64,000 nucleotides of DNA from Paraspadella gotoi (lineage: Eukaryota; Animalia; Chaetognatha): positions 22,904,833 to 22,968,832 of the forward strand of contig CM119263.1 of NCBI GenBank assembly GCA_051294375.1, written 5' to 3'. How positions within the stretch are numbered: position 1 is the first letter of the stretch; each line of letters starts with the position of its first letter. Shown in pieces: positions 53,474 to 64,000 of the stretch. A program made the translations under genes and the position numbers. The notes beneath the pieces were generated by a model that did no database searches, had not been told where the DNA came from, and saw only the letters and a program-made list of their open reading frames with translations.

Positions 53474-54984
53474 TGTAGTTCACGCGGGACGGTCACGGGC
53501 GACCACAAATTTTTTTTCCCCCACCCATCAACCGCATCAAATTTTTTCCCAAATTCCTTTGTAGTTATAGCTTTTTGATAGTTTTACACATTGTACTTTG
53601 TATATTGGAAGATATGTTGAGAAACGATTCTGATTTATATGTACTTGTTTATTACATCTATTGATATTTTTATATGGCAATTCATCGAAAGCCTTTGACA
53701 CTTAAAAAAATTTTGAGCCTTATGTACATTAAAAATTTGAAACATGTCTAACTCCTGATCTCTTAATTCTCTTCTGTAAGAATCGTGATAATGAGAAAGA
53801 GAAAGATGCTCGTTTTCATATTAGCTACGTAGACATAGACATAAACTTAGTTTAATGTAATTCTACAGATTCCAGACATGAGAATATTTTACCAATATTT
53901 TAAGCGTTTAGAGTTATTATTGTGGAAGACCACGACATAGGGTGTAAACAGTTTATTACGAGGCAATACAATGAAATAAAAAGGTGAATAAATAATGATT
54001 ACACAGTGGAGAGACAAAACGATGTTACAGGATGAAAGGTTGAATTAGTTGTGTCTCTCGTGGCTACGGCCACGACCGAAGAAACCCGTTGAAGCCCGGG
54101 ACGACGAGACCAATGACCGGATGTCTGAGGTCATGTGGTCGTTGAGGGAAAAGAGAGAGAGAGTCGAGGTAACTCGGCCTCATTATTACTATTATTATTA
54201 TTACTTTGAAGTAGATAGGAGAGAGGCATATTACATCACTCCAACTTAGCGAATTGAAGATTTAAAAGGCACAAACTTAAGACTCAATAGATTTTCGTAT
54301 TATTAATTTTATATTATTCATGGCATCTGAGACATCCGAAGCAGACTGGACGGGCTTCCGACCAGGCCTGAGGTTTTTCCTCAAACAGATTTAGAATTGG
54401 ATTTCTGCATCAAGGAAAAAATCAATACTCGGCGGACTATGACGACGACGACGACGACGACGACGATGGCAATGAAACACGCCACCGGCCGTTTTAGGTG
54501 GAAATGAACACGAAACAAGGTAAGTCATTCCATGATGCAGACCTCGATAAGAACCGAATTCAGTTGAATCGATAAACTTATTTGGGTTCCGAACGCGATC
54601 ATTAATAACAAATTATTTTACATATATAAGGAAAAAGTTACTAAGAAGGAACACTTGAGTCATTTTTTTCAGCCATCATTAATTGACGTTTAATTACATT
54701 TCGACTTGTAACTCTGAATGATAATCGTATTAAAAAACGGGAAATAAACTGTTGAAAATCAAGCGCGTCCAATTTTCAAGTTATTTTACTATTTCCGGAT
54801 CCGCTTCAAAAACATTAACGAAGTAAAATAAAGTAAAGTAAAGTAAACAAAATCGGTTGTAATGGCAACGAGAAAAAAATTCTTCACCTAAGATTCGGAA
54901 AACGTGACAAAACGTGAAATGTAAATCTAAAAGTAAAACTTTCGTCTGAAGTCGCGAACAAAAAAACAAAAAAAGTGAAACACG

Positions 54985-57413
54985 ATGAACTGGCTATATT
55001 ATTCACTGCATTTGGCGTTGGTGTTGACTTCCCTCTATTGTGTTGTTCAAGATGTGGAGCCGAAAACCGTATCGAGGGGCATCGAGACGGAAAATACGGT
55101 AAATTCGCTAAAGTCAGATATAGACGAATATAATAGGATCGGTTGTACCAATTTCATATTACTTAGTCACAAGTGAATCTTTGTCATTCTACGTAGGAAT
55201 GGGTTTTCTTGGAGAAATTTTGTTTTCGCTCAAAAATTGGAAAACTAAAAGTCAACCTTGCTCGGCCGAAGGTTTGAGTTGCAGAATTGTATAATTTATA
55301 TTTTAGAGCGATTTGTTTATTATTAAGGATAACTACCATCATCATGATTCATAACGATTGCAGAAATACAACAACACACGATTTTACATCTATTACGATG
55401 ATCCAAAAAGTTGGGAATTCGCGTACAAAAAAGCAAAAACTTGCGAAGAAAGAACTTCGCGATTCGTCGAACTTGATATGATTTGCAACTGCACAGAAGA
55501 GTAAAAATTAGCTCTTTTTCATTTCTTTGTTGTTCTTGCAATCTGATTTTTTTGGTCACTATTTTTCCTCCCTCGTTTCACCAGCTGCAAATGTGAAGGG
55601 CAGACCCGTTTCACTTCATCCCGCGACAGATGGTGGTACGTGGTGATGTCCAGATGCAGCAAGACTGGCGACCCGACCTCGGTGGGTTAAAACGCAGCGG
55701 CGATGAATAATATTTTGAAATAATTAATTATAACTACGTTAATATCAATAATAATAACTGAAGGGTTTAAGCGGTCACATCAATCTACATCTCACAAACG
55801 GAGATCCCGACGATGTGTTTCAATACGAATTTTCCTGCGACGAGTTTGGTGAATATCGCGAATTTGTGAATTTGTGATTTGTTAGAGAAAAAAAGAGATA
55901 GAAAATATAATTGTTATTGTTTCAGCCGTGCTACCTACGTCTTTGGCTTTTCTGGTCATCTTTCTCGTGCTGTTGGGCGTTTCTGTTTACTTTGCAGGTG
56001 AGATAGAAGTGTAAGTGAAAAATAAAAAAAAAAGGAAGAAAGAAATAAAAATTAAAAAAAAGTAAGTTCAAATTAATAAAAAAAATATTTGCACAATAGT
56101 TATGAATAAACCATTAATCTCCATTCCCCCTCACTCTTCAGTGCAACTCAAGAATCGACATCTGCTCCACTCCACCTTCAAGCTCTACCTGACAGCAGTT
56201 TGCTTCAAGTTGCTGCATCTCGTCTTTTCTATTCGATCGAAGGCGGAGTTCGCCCACACGGGCGTGGAATCTCTCTCCAACGACATGATTGGTGAGGCGA
56301 GAGGCTATTGGATAATCGACGTTAATAGTTACGTGATTGTGTTCGGGGGAAAACCTTGCGGACCCCCAACGGGTCGATGGGTGGCTGCAGACCAAAGAGG
56401 CAGCTTAAATGTTTGTTCCCGACAATTTTTGGTTTACTTCTCAGGTAGACCAGCCTGAATCTCTCTCTCTCTCTCTTTCTGCCTTCTCTCTCTATCCACA
56501 GGTGATTTCTTCTCCACCTGCGCCAACGTGTTCTTCGTGCTGTTGTTGATTCTGATGTCGAAAGGCTTTACCATCACCCGCGCCAGTATCTCTCCATCAG
56601 GAACGATGAAGATCATCGTTTTCTTCTTCATCTACTTCTTTCTCTCCATCGTCCTCTTTATCTCTGAGTCTTTGGTACGAAATATGGCCAATAGGCAAGT
56701 TCAGTCTGTCAGAAAGAGCTGACTGAGCAGTAATTTTCTGTGATCGGCAGTCCCGAAAATATTGTAAAGTTTTTAAATTATTTTTCGCCATCAAAAAAAT
56801 TCGCGAGTAAATTACTTTAATGTTTTCATGAGAGGTTTTAGTTTTAATACGTCGGCTGTATTATTTGTTCAAACTAAAGCAGCAAGAACTGAGACCGGAA
56901 TGTAACTAGAATACATGTCAATCTTTCTAAAAATTGAAAATCAGATTAAAATATATATATGAAGCTATATTTAAATCCGTACCTGTCAGTCTATCTGCTC
57001 CTTGTCATTATTCAATATTCAATGTCATTCTCAAAAACTTTCAAGACCTACGATCCGGCGCGTGACTCTTCCCGCTTCGACTCCGTGGCGGGTTGGTGCG
57101 TGGTGGGGCTTCACGCCGTCGGCTGGATTTGGTTCACTCGATCCATCGTCGTCACCCTTAAGAATTATCCCGAGAAGCTCAACTTCTACGCCCCCTTTTA
57201 CATCTTGCTTACAATTTGGTGAGGAGAATTTTTTGAGAATTTTTTTGATTTGCTTTTATAAAGTTTAATTTTATTTAGAATTTTAAATGTAAATGCTACC
57301 TTTTTGTGTATTATGATATGTCCATGATCCAATTTCACACTATTCATTTCTTACATTTATAATTATTAATTATTCATGTGTGGCAAAATCAATCTCGTTC
57401 TCTCCTCGTCGTC

Positions 57414-57485
<72 letters not shown>

Positions 57486-58137
57486 GTTTTTTATATTCAT
57501 TCGTACGGCTAAGTGGTCAATTCTTATTTTGTTAATGACTGAAGACTTAGGCTAAGTCTTAGCATCCTTTGTTCCCGTTTTCTCTCTGTTTTAACTCTGT
57601 TTTGTCTCCGTTTCTTTGACTCTAATAAAAATTCATTCTTGCTCTGAACTTCGTCTCGATCGTTGCCTCACATAGTTTCACATTAGGTTTCTCGCTCTGC
57701 CTGTCACGCTGATCCTGGCCAATCTCGTCATGGACAGTTGGGCTCGAGAGAAGATCGTCCACGGCGTCGAACTGACCACGTCATTCGGGGGTTTCCTCTT
57801 TTTCGCGGTAAGGGGCGCTTTCGTCGAGAGTGTCGCGGAATGAATGGTCCATTTCCTTACCCTCCCGTTTCAGATCCTTACCCGACCCACCGCGGCCAAC
57901 AAAAATTTTCCCTTTCACGTACGAACGACGCAAGTCGACGTCATCATGGAAAATGGAGATCGAATGGTGGAGAGAAGAAGAGGAAGAGGAGGGGGAGGTG
58001 GAGGAGGAGGAGGAGGAGAACCTTCGGATCCAACGAGTTTTCCCCGGGCGAACAATCGCTGCGATTACAATAGTAAAGGAGGAGGGAGGGAAGGAAGGAA
58101 CGAAGAAAGTAGGCGTGGTTTATTACGGGAGAAATAG
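54985..58137 (+). CDS. TMEM145: Transmembrane protein 145 (GPR180/TMEM145 family); exons 54985-55098, 55197-55271, 55364-55500, 55585-55681, 55764-55848, 55926-55997, 56142-56291, 56502-56674, 57046-57218, 57687-57807, 57874-58137
   Basis: Signal peptide followed by WVFLEKFCF, YYDDPKSW, SSRDRWWYVVMSRC, LTNG...FSCDEF, LKNRHLLHSTFK, LLILMSKGFTITR, YPEKLNFYAPF, WAREKIVHG and TRPTAANKNFPFHVRTTQ. All introns are GT-AG and in phase. The exact 3' end is uncertain. Confidence 0.93.
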
Positions 58138-58395
58138 GAAGAGTTTTATTGACATAGGAATACGTTGTGATGATTATAATTGACTTATATATTGTGTAGA
58201 TTATGCAGAGAAAAAGGCTGGTAGTGAACAATATACCAATTAGTCCGTAAGGAGTTTGATGTTAGTTTCTTGAAGGTAAGTTGAAGAGTGATCTCGTTCC
58301 CTCTCTCGTTTCTCTGCCGTCGGTTTCCTGAGGGAAGCCTCCTCTCTGATTGGTCAATAAGAAGAAAAGATGGAAAAGCCAAGAGAGGCAAGCGA
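58100..58395. repeat. Dispersed repeat of unknown class
   Basis: TAGGCGTGGTT(T)ATTACGGGAGAAATAGG...GATGTTAGTTTCTTGAAGGTAAGTT is shared with 28930-29160 and partly with 43360-43500. Confidence 0.7.
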
Positions 58396-59239
58396 TGTTA
58401 GGATGTTAGGAAGAAAGATATGAAGAAAGACAGAAAGAAATGAAAATGTTGAAATAAATAAAGAAAGAAAGAAAGAAATACAGAAAGAAAAAAAAAATAA
58501 AAACGAAAAAGAAAGAAAGAAAGAAAATAAGAAAGAGAGAAAGAAAGAACTCCCTGTCTTCAGTGATGAACGGTCAAGCGGCCGTCTACGCGATTCCAAT
58601 GACGAAGCGGTCGATCGACGGATACGCCATCGACGACGACGACAAAGACGATGACGAAAAGCAGGACGGCGATGCCAAAGAAGAAGGTAGGCCAGTAAAA
58701 ATCGTGTTCGTTTAACACGGATTGTAGATCAAGTTTCGATTTCTTGATGCGGTCTTCAAAGACTTCGCAAGAATTTCTAACATTTGACTCTCGAATTTTC
58801 AGAAACGCCCGCCTCGGACGGCGCCATTCACGAAGTCCCCAATCCAACCTTAACGCGAATGTTCTCTGCCACCAAGTTATGAAGCTGCTACGAATGAATT
58901 TCATCCAAATTCAGTGATTGGCTGATTACTGATTAGTTTTGTTATTTATATATCCCCGTCAAGTATCGCAATAATAAACTATGCAATGCCATTGGTTCTC
59001 GCCTCGCTGCCCTAGTCAATCTACAGCAAGATTTGAACAAATAAAAAGTGGGGGTATTAAATGTCACTAATTAATAACGGGTTGTTGTATTCGATTGTTG
59101 ATTCCCGCGCCTCGCTTCGACAGGAAGTCTCACGAACAAAAGAACGGGGAAAAAAATAAAAAAAAATAATAATCGTGGAAGAAAAGGATTTTTAGCCTTT
59201 TGATCGTAAAACAATTGGCTGAGAGAGAGAGAGAGAAGA

Positions 59240-59301
<62 letters not shown>

Positions 59302-59451
59302 AGAGAGAGAACGCAAATCGCAATTAATCGACCAGAGGAGAGAGAATAAAAAAAGTCAAGAAATCGCATTATGCCAAAAGCTGAGCTTCTCTGACGTCTC
59401 ATGAATTATACATGAATGTAGCTCGCGTACACCGATCGGTAGCATCAGAGG

Positions 59452-59522
<71 letters not shown>

Positions 59523-59759
59523 TTCATTGATGAGAATTGAGAAAACGTACCCAAGAATCTTGAATAATTACAAATATGGTAATATAACAGTAACGCTGCT
59601 TTCGCCGTTTCTATCGTTATCCTCGTTATCCCGTCATCGTCGTTTTATTCTTTTTCCCGCCTAAAAACTCTGGTGCCAAATCTTGCCTCTTTTTTCTGTT
59701 TTTCTCTCCTAAAGCCTTTAGACGAAAATACAAATGACGCATTCGACTGGTGGGCAGCT

Positions 59760-59840
<81 letters not shown>

Positions 59841-60079
59841 GAGAGGGGAGAGAGGGAAGAGAAGAGAGAGATACAAGACATGTAAATGAATCTCTCGTAA
59901 GTGATCAACGTCTCTCTCTCTGTTTCTCTCTCTTCTCCTTCATCTTCTTCTTCATCCACTTAAGAAAAAAAAACGAATCTTTTTCCCATTATTGTATTCG
60001 GCGCCTCCTCTCCTTTTCTCGCCGCCGAAGCAAATAAAAAAAGTTTTCTCGAGAAAAAAACAAACAAAAGACACCCGTA

Positions 60080-61383
60080 ATGATTCGACGTCGTGTATCG
60101 TTTTCGTCGACGTCGCTAGTCGTCGCCCTCGTCGTCGTCGCTCTCGTCGCCCTTCCCGGCGTCAACAGCGGCGCCACCTCCAATGCCATTCACACTGGAA
60201 CGGGAGCTTCGACCGCCGGTCGACCGAGCATGGGAGGTGGCATGGGAGGCATGTTCTCCATGCTCCTCAATCGGGGCGGGAACAGGGGCGGAAACAGGGG
60301 CTCGGGTCTGCGGGGATTGCTGAGCAGCGTAATCGGGAATCGCGGGCAGCAAGGAACTGGGTCTAGTGGAGCCGGTGGCGCGGGCGCGACGCAGAACCTC
60401 CAAGGTCTGCTCGCCAGCGCGGGCGGCATTCAAGGCATCCTCAACAGCTTCGGAGCGGCGAACGGCGCCGCCTCCGGGGTAACCGCCACTCCGCCGGCAT
60501 TGTCTCCGGAACTCGTCCAGTCTCTCCTCAATCAATATCAGCAGCAAAATTTGGTTCCAGCCCCGACGATGCAGCCGACGACGCAGCCGCCGCCTCCGAA
60601 GCTGCCGCCGACGAAAGATTCCACGAACCCCTTCTTCGATCCTGGATCCTCGCAAACGACCAAGCAATTCTACTCGGCTCCGCAAGTAGCGGCGGCCTAC
60701 GGATCAAGTTACAACCAGCCTTACAACTACTACCCGTCCTACAATTACGGAAACGCCTACGATCCAACGAATTACGGAAATCAGGCCCCGTCGAATCAGG
60801 CCTCGTATAACGGAGGCTACAACGAATTTTACTTCCCCAATTACGGATACGGCGGGCCACAGCCGCAGCCGACCGTCGAAGTCACCACGACGCCCGTTCC
60901 CGCCGACGCCAACGACAACATGTTCAATCCGCTGGAGCATCCGGGAATGATGATGCCCGGCATGAACGGCATGATGCCGCCGATGCCGCCCCCGGCGCAG
61001 CCAGCCGCGCCAGGAGGGCAGCAGGTGGCCGGGACTGGGGCCGGCGGCGCCGATGATCCGAACGGTGGACAAGCGGCGCCGGGTCCGCCCCCGCCCGTCG
61101 GTAACGGGTTATTCGGCGCGATGGGGAACATGCCGATGATGATGGCGGCGGCGGCAGCAGGTTGAGTAATATTGGATAACTGTTTGACTGATTAATTGAT
61201 AAATTTTATATCTTCAAAAATAGTTTGCCTTGTTGAAGATTTTATTGCTTGATTGATAGATATATAATGATTAATTACTTAAATCTTCGTTTTGAAGGGA
61301 TGGATTGTCTTTGAAACCATTTGTTTTGTTTTTTTTCAGCCGCCCACGGACCTCTTCATCCGGAAGGAGGAATGGGACGGTAG
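60080..61383 (+). CDS. Secreted low-complexity G/P/Q/Y/M-rich protein; exons 60080-61160 and 61340-61383
   Basis: 360-codon GC-rich ORF with a signal peptide (LVVALVVVALVALPGVNS). A GT donor at 61161 and a TTTTCAG acceptor add AAHGPLHPEGGMGR*. Confidence 0.82.
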
Positions 61384-62871
61384 AGAGCGCGACGTCAAGG
61401 ATGACGCATGCGCGGTGTCGCAGTTTGTCTTAGTTTGTCGCGGTGTTGACGCTGTTTCGTCGTTCGTCTAGGATTCGTGCACCCCGGTGGAGAAGTCGGT
61501 CGGTCTTTGTTGACTTTACTTTTGTTGTCGGACGGATTCGCTTGATTTCTGTTTCCTCGTATCTTTTTTTTTTTTTTTTTTTTTGGAACCCGGAATTTCT
61601 TTTTTTTTTTCGCTGTAATATATTCTTTAGTTTCTTTCTGAAAGTTACGAAATAAAATTATTAATCATATGAACTAATGAGGTTTTTCCAAACGATTTTT
61701 TTTCGCAAAATCATTTCATCACTTCCCCACGTTGAGATTTGACTTTTCAATCTGCAATGTATGACAAGAGAATGCGATAAAAATTATCGGGTAAGCGAAC
61801 AAAGCAAAAATTATTGATAACGGTGACATTGATGAAGCGACGCAAATAGAACGATAACGCGATGACTCGCGAAGACTTATCGATTCCGATCTCGTCGAGA
61901 GCCATCTCTCTGCCAAGGTCGANNNNNNNNNNNNNNNNNNNNNNNNNNNNNNNNNNNNNNNNNNNNNNNNNNNNNNNNNNNNNNNNNNNNNNNNNNNNNN
62001 NNNNNNNNNNNNNNNNNNNNNNNNNNNNNNNNNNNNNNNNNNNNNNNNNNNNNNNNNNNNNNNNNNNNNNNNNNNNNNNNNNNNNNNNNNNNNNNNNNNN
62101 NNNNNNNNNNNNNNNNNNNNNNNNNNNNNNNNNNNNNNNNNNNNNNNNNNNNNNNNNNNNNNNNNNNNNNNNNNNNNNNNNNNNNNNNNNNNNNNNNNNN
62201 NNNNNNNNNNNNNNNNNNNNNNNNNNNNNNNNNNNNNNNNNNNNNNNNNNNNNNNNNNNNNNNNNNNNNNNNNNNNNNNNNNNNNNNNNNNNNNNNNNNN
62301 NNNNNNNNNNNNNNNNNNNNNNNNNNNNNNNNNNNNNNNNNNNNNNNNNNNNNNNNNNNNNNNNNNNNNNNNNNNNNNNNNNNNNNNNNNNNNNNNNNNN
62401 NNNNNNNNNNNNNNNNNNNNNNNNNNNNNNNNNNNNNNNNNNNNNNNNNNNNNNNNNNNNNNNNNNNNNNNNNNNNNNNNNNNNNNNNNNNNNNNNNNNN
62501 NNNNNNNNNNNNNNNNNNNNNNNNNNNNNNNNNNNNNNNNNNNNNNNNNNNNNNNNNNNNNNNNNNNNNNNNNNNNNNNNNNNNNNNNNNNNNNNNNNNN
62601 NNNNNNNNNNNNNNNNNNNNNNNNNNNNNNNNNNNNNNNNNNNNNNNNNNNNNNNNNNNNNNNNNNNNNNNNNNNNNNNNNNNNNNNNNNNNNNNNNNNN
62701 NNNNNNNNNNNNNNNNNNNNNNNNNNNNNNNNNNNNNNNNNNNNNNNNNNNNNNNNNNNNNNNNNNNNNNNNNNNNNNNNNNNNNNNNNNNNNNNNNNNN
62801 NNNNNNNNNNNNNNNNNNNNNNNNNNNNNNNNNNNNNNNNNNNNNNNNNNNNNNNNNNNNNNNNNNNNNNN

Positions 62872-63330
62872 CTGTCGGTCACCTGACGCTTCAGACTTCC
62901 GAGTGACACCTCGACGGAAAGCGGTGGCTCCTCGCGCTTAGAAGGGGCCGCCCAGGTTCGCCGGTAAACGTCTGGAAAAATAAATTAATTAAAAATTTTA
63001 TTAGCAAAGAAATATTTTTTTTTATTCTAATTCAAACACAACGAAAAGAAAAGAATAATACCCAAACTTTTAAGTAATAAGGACTATTTATTGTTTTCGT
63101 CACAAATTTCTGTACTGATCTGAATGAAAATAGAATCCCAAAGGAAAAAAAAATTAAATTGATTTTGAGGTATCACGAGAGTCAATAATATTTTTTCGTC
63201 CCAACTCACCGGATCTATCTCTCTCCCATCCTTGAGGCGTCTGCGACTCGTCAGTTTCCGATGCCGTAGATTGCAACAGCAGCAGCAAGAATGCTACAGC
63301 AACCAGCGACGCTTTGGCGACCGACATCAT
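62872..63330 (-). CDS. CRH/DH44/egg-laying-hormone family neuropeptide precursor (partial; 3' part in gap); coding exons 63330-63210 and 62971 to about 62883/62872
   Basis: MMSVAKASLVAVAFLLLLLQSTASETDESQTPQGWERDRS|DVYRRTWAAPSKR-EEPPLSVEVSLGSLKRQ. It has a signal peptide, a GTGAGT donor, a TTCCAG acceptor and a dibasic site followed by a PxxSxxxxxxxL CRH-like start. Confidence 0.7.
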
Positions 63331-63555
63331 GAACCTGTTGACAATGTTGTAAACCTTATTGTAACGGATTTAACAAATCAATTTGGGAGTTCAGCATGAT
63401 TTAAAAATAGACACGATAATTTGCTATAAAAATAATAATCAATTGATTTTTAAACTTACTCGTTATCGGGCAGAAAAAAAATTTGGTAAGTAAGAATAGC
63501 GATCAACGTCGAGATTGAAGTTGAACGATTGACGAACGTTCGACGAGTCGCTCGC

Positions 63556-63562
63556 TTTTATA
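63556..63562 (-). promoter_or_regulatory. Candidate TATA box of the neuropeptide gene
   Basis: TATAAAA on the minus strand, about 100 nt upstream of a GTAAGT donor (~63453-63458). An acceptor lies just before the ATG (~63335), implying a non-coding first exon. Confidence 0.5.
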
Positions 63563-64000
63563 GCATCGATCGCTTCGTCTTTATTGCATCAAGAAGAAAA
63601 TAAAGTCATGGAAGAAACACAATGAGGAAAGCGACAGATGGGACCAGCTTCTAGCTCTTAAACTGATGAAAATAGGTAGTTATTGTTTTTGTAGTTGTTA
63701 TCGTCGGCGTTTTCTGTCTTGACGCCCGACGTCCAGCTGGTACTATGTCAAACTCATTTACGAATTTTAAATGAAAATGGACGACGCCGATCAAAACCAT
63801 ATGAATGGCAAGCCTTCACTTCAGTAGATTCGGCCCCCGAAAATAAAGAGCGAGCTTAAGCTTTAAGTCACGACAAAAAGTGGATTAATTTTAAAGCAAA
63901 AATGAAACGGTTCTGTGTCAATTTATATCGCGTCTACGAAGGAAGACCACATTTTGCGTGATTTCCTTTCTCTTTTTCAACCGTACGAGCATCGCGGGTG

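Noticed and set aside
54049-54605. Possible exons between the four-TM gene and TMEM145
   Set aside because: Splice-like signals exist on both strands, but no consistent reading frame could be assembled.
55420-55500. Apparent frameshift in TMEM145 exon 3
   Set aside because: Recounting the A runs gives an uninterrupted frame YDDPKSWEFAYKKAKTCEERTS.
60116-61131. Antisense ORFs over the secreted protein gene
   Set aside because: They are shadow ORFs of a GC-rich coding exon.
61719-62941. Long ORFs of 396 and 359 aa (also 18487-18861)
   Set aside because: They are artefacts of N gaps.

Overview
Eukaryotic (invertebrate-like), AT-rich draft-assembly DNA with GT-AG spliced genes, many (GA)n/(CT)n microsatellites and three N gaps. 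No prokaryotic features, CRISPR array or rRNA were found. Genes were read by hand from splice signals. They are: the 3' half of a rhodopsin-class peptide GPCR with a very long third intracellular loop (5.9-15.2 kb), then a TE-filled stretch (15-47 kb), then a compact cluster containing a CD225/dispanin gene, a small single-pass membrane protein, a claudin/PMP22-like four-TM protein, a 12-exon TMEM145, a secreted low-complexity protein and, on the minus strand, a likely CRH/DH44/ELH-family neuropeptide precursor cut by a gap. Most of the unusual signal is in non-coding mobile DNA. (1) A complete miniature LTR retroelement (TRIM) has tRNA-like Pol III modules in its 234-bp LTRs, a tRNA-Trp-like PBS, a PPT and a CCAT TSD; a solo LTR and a second related family are also present. 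(2) A Penelope-like element remnant carries a minimal hammerhead ribozyme, and a 210-bp palindrome consists of two outward-facing hammerheads. (3) There are two Helentron/DINE-1-like (HINE) families and several nested TIR elements. No database searches were run, so family names rest on remembered motifs.
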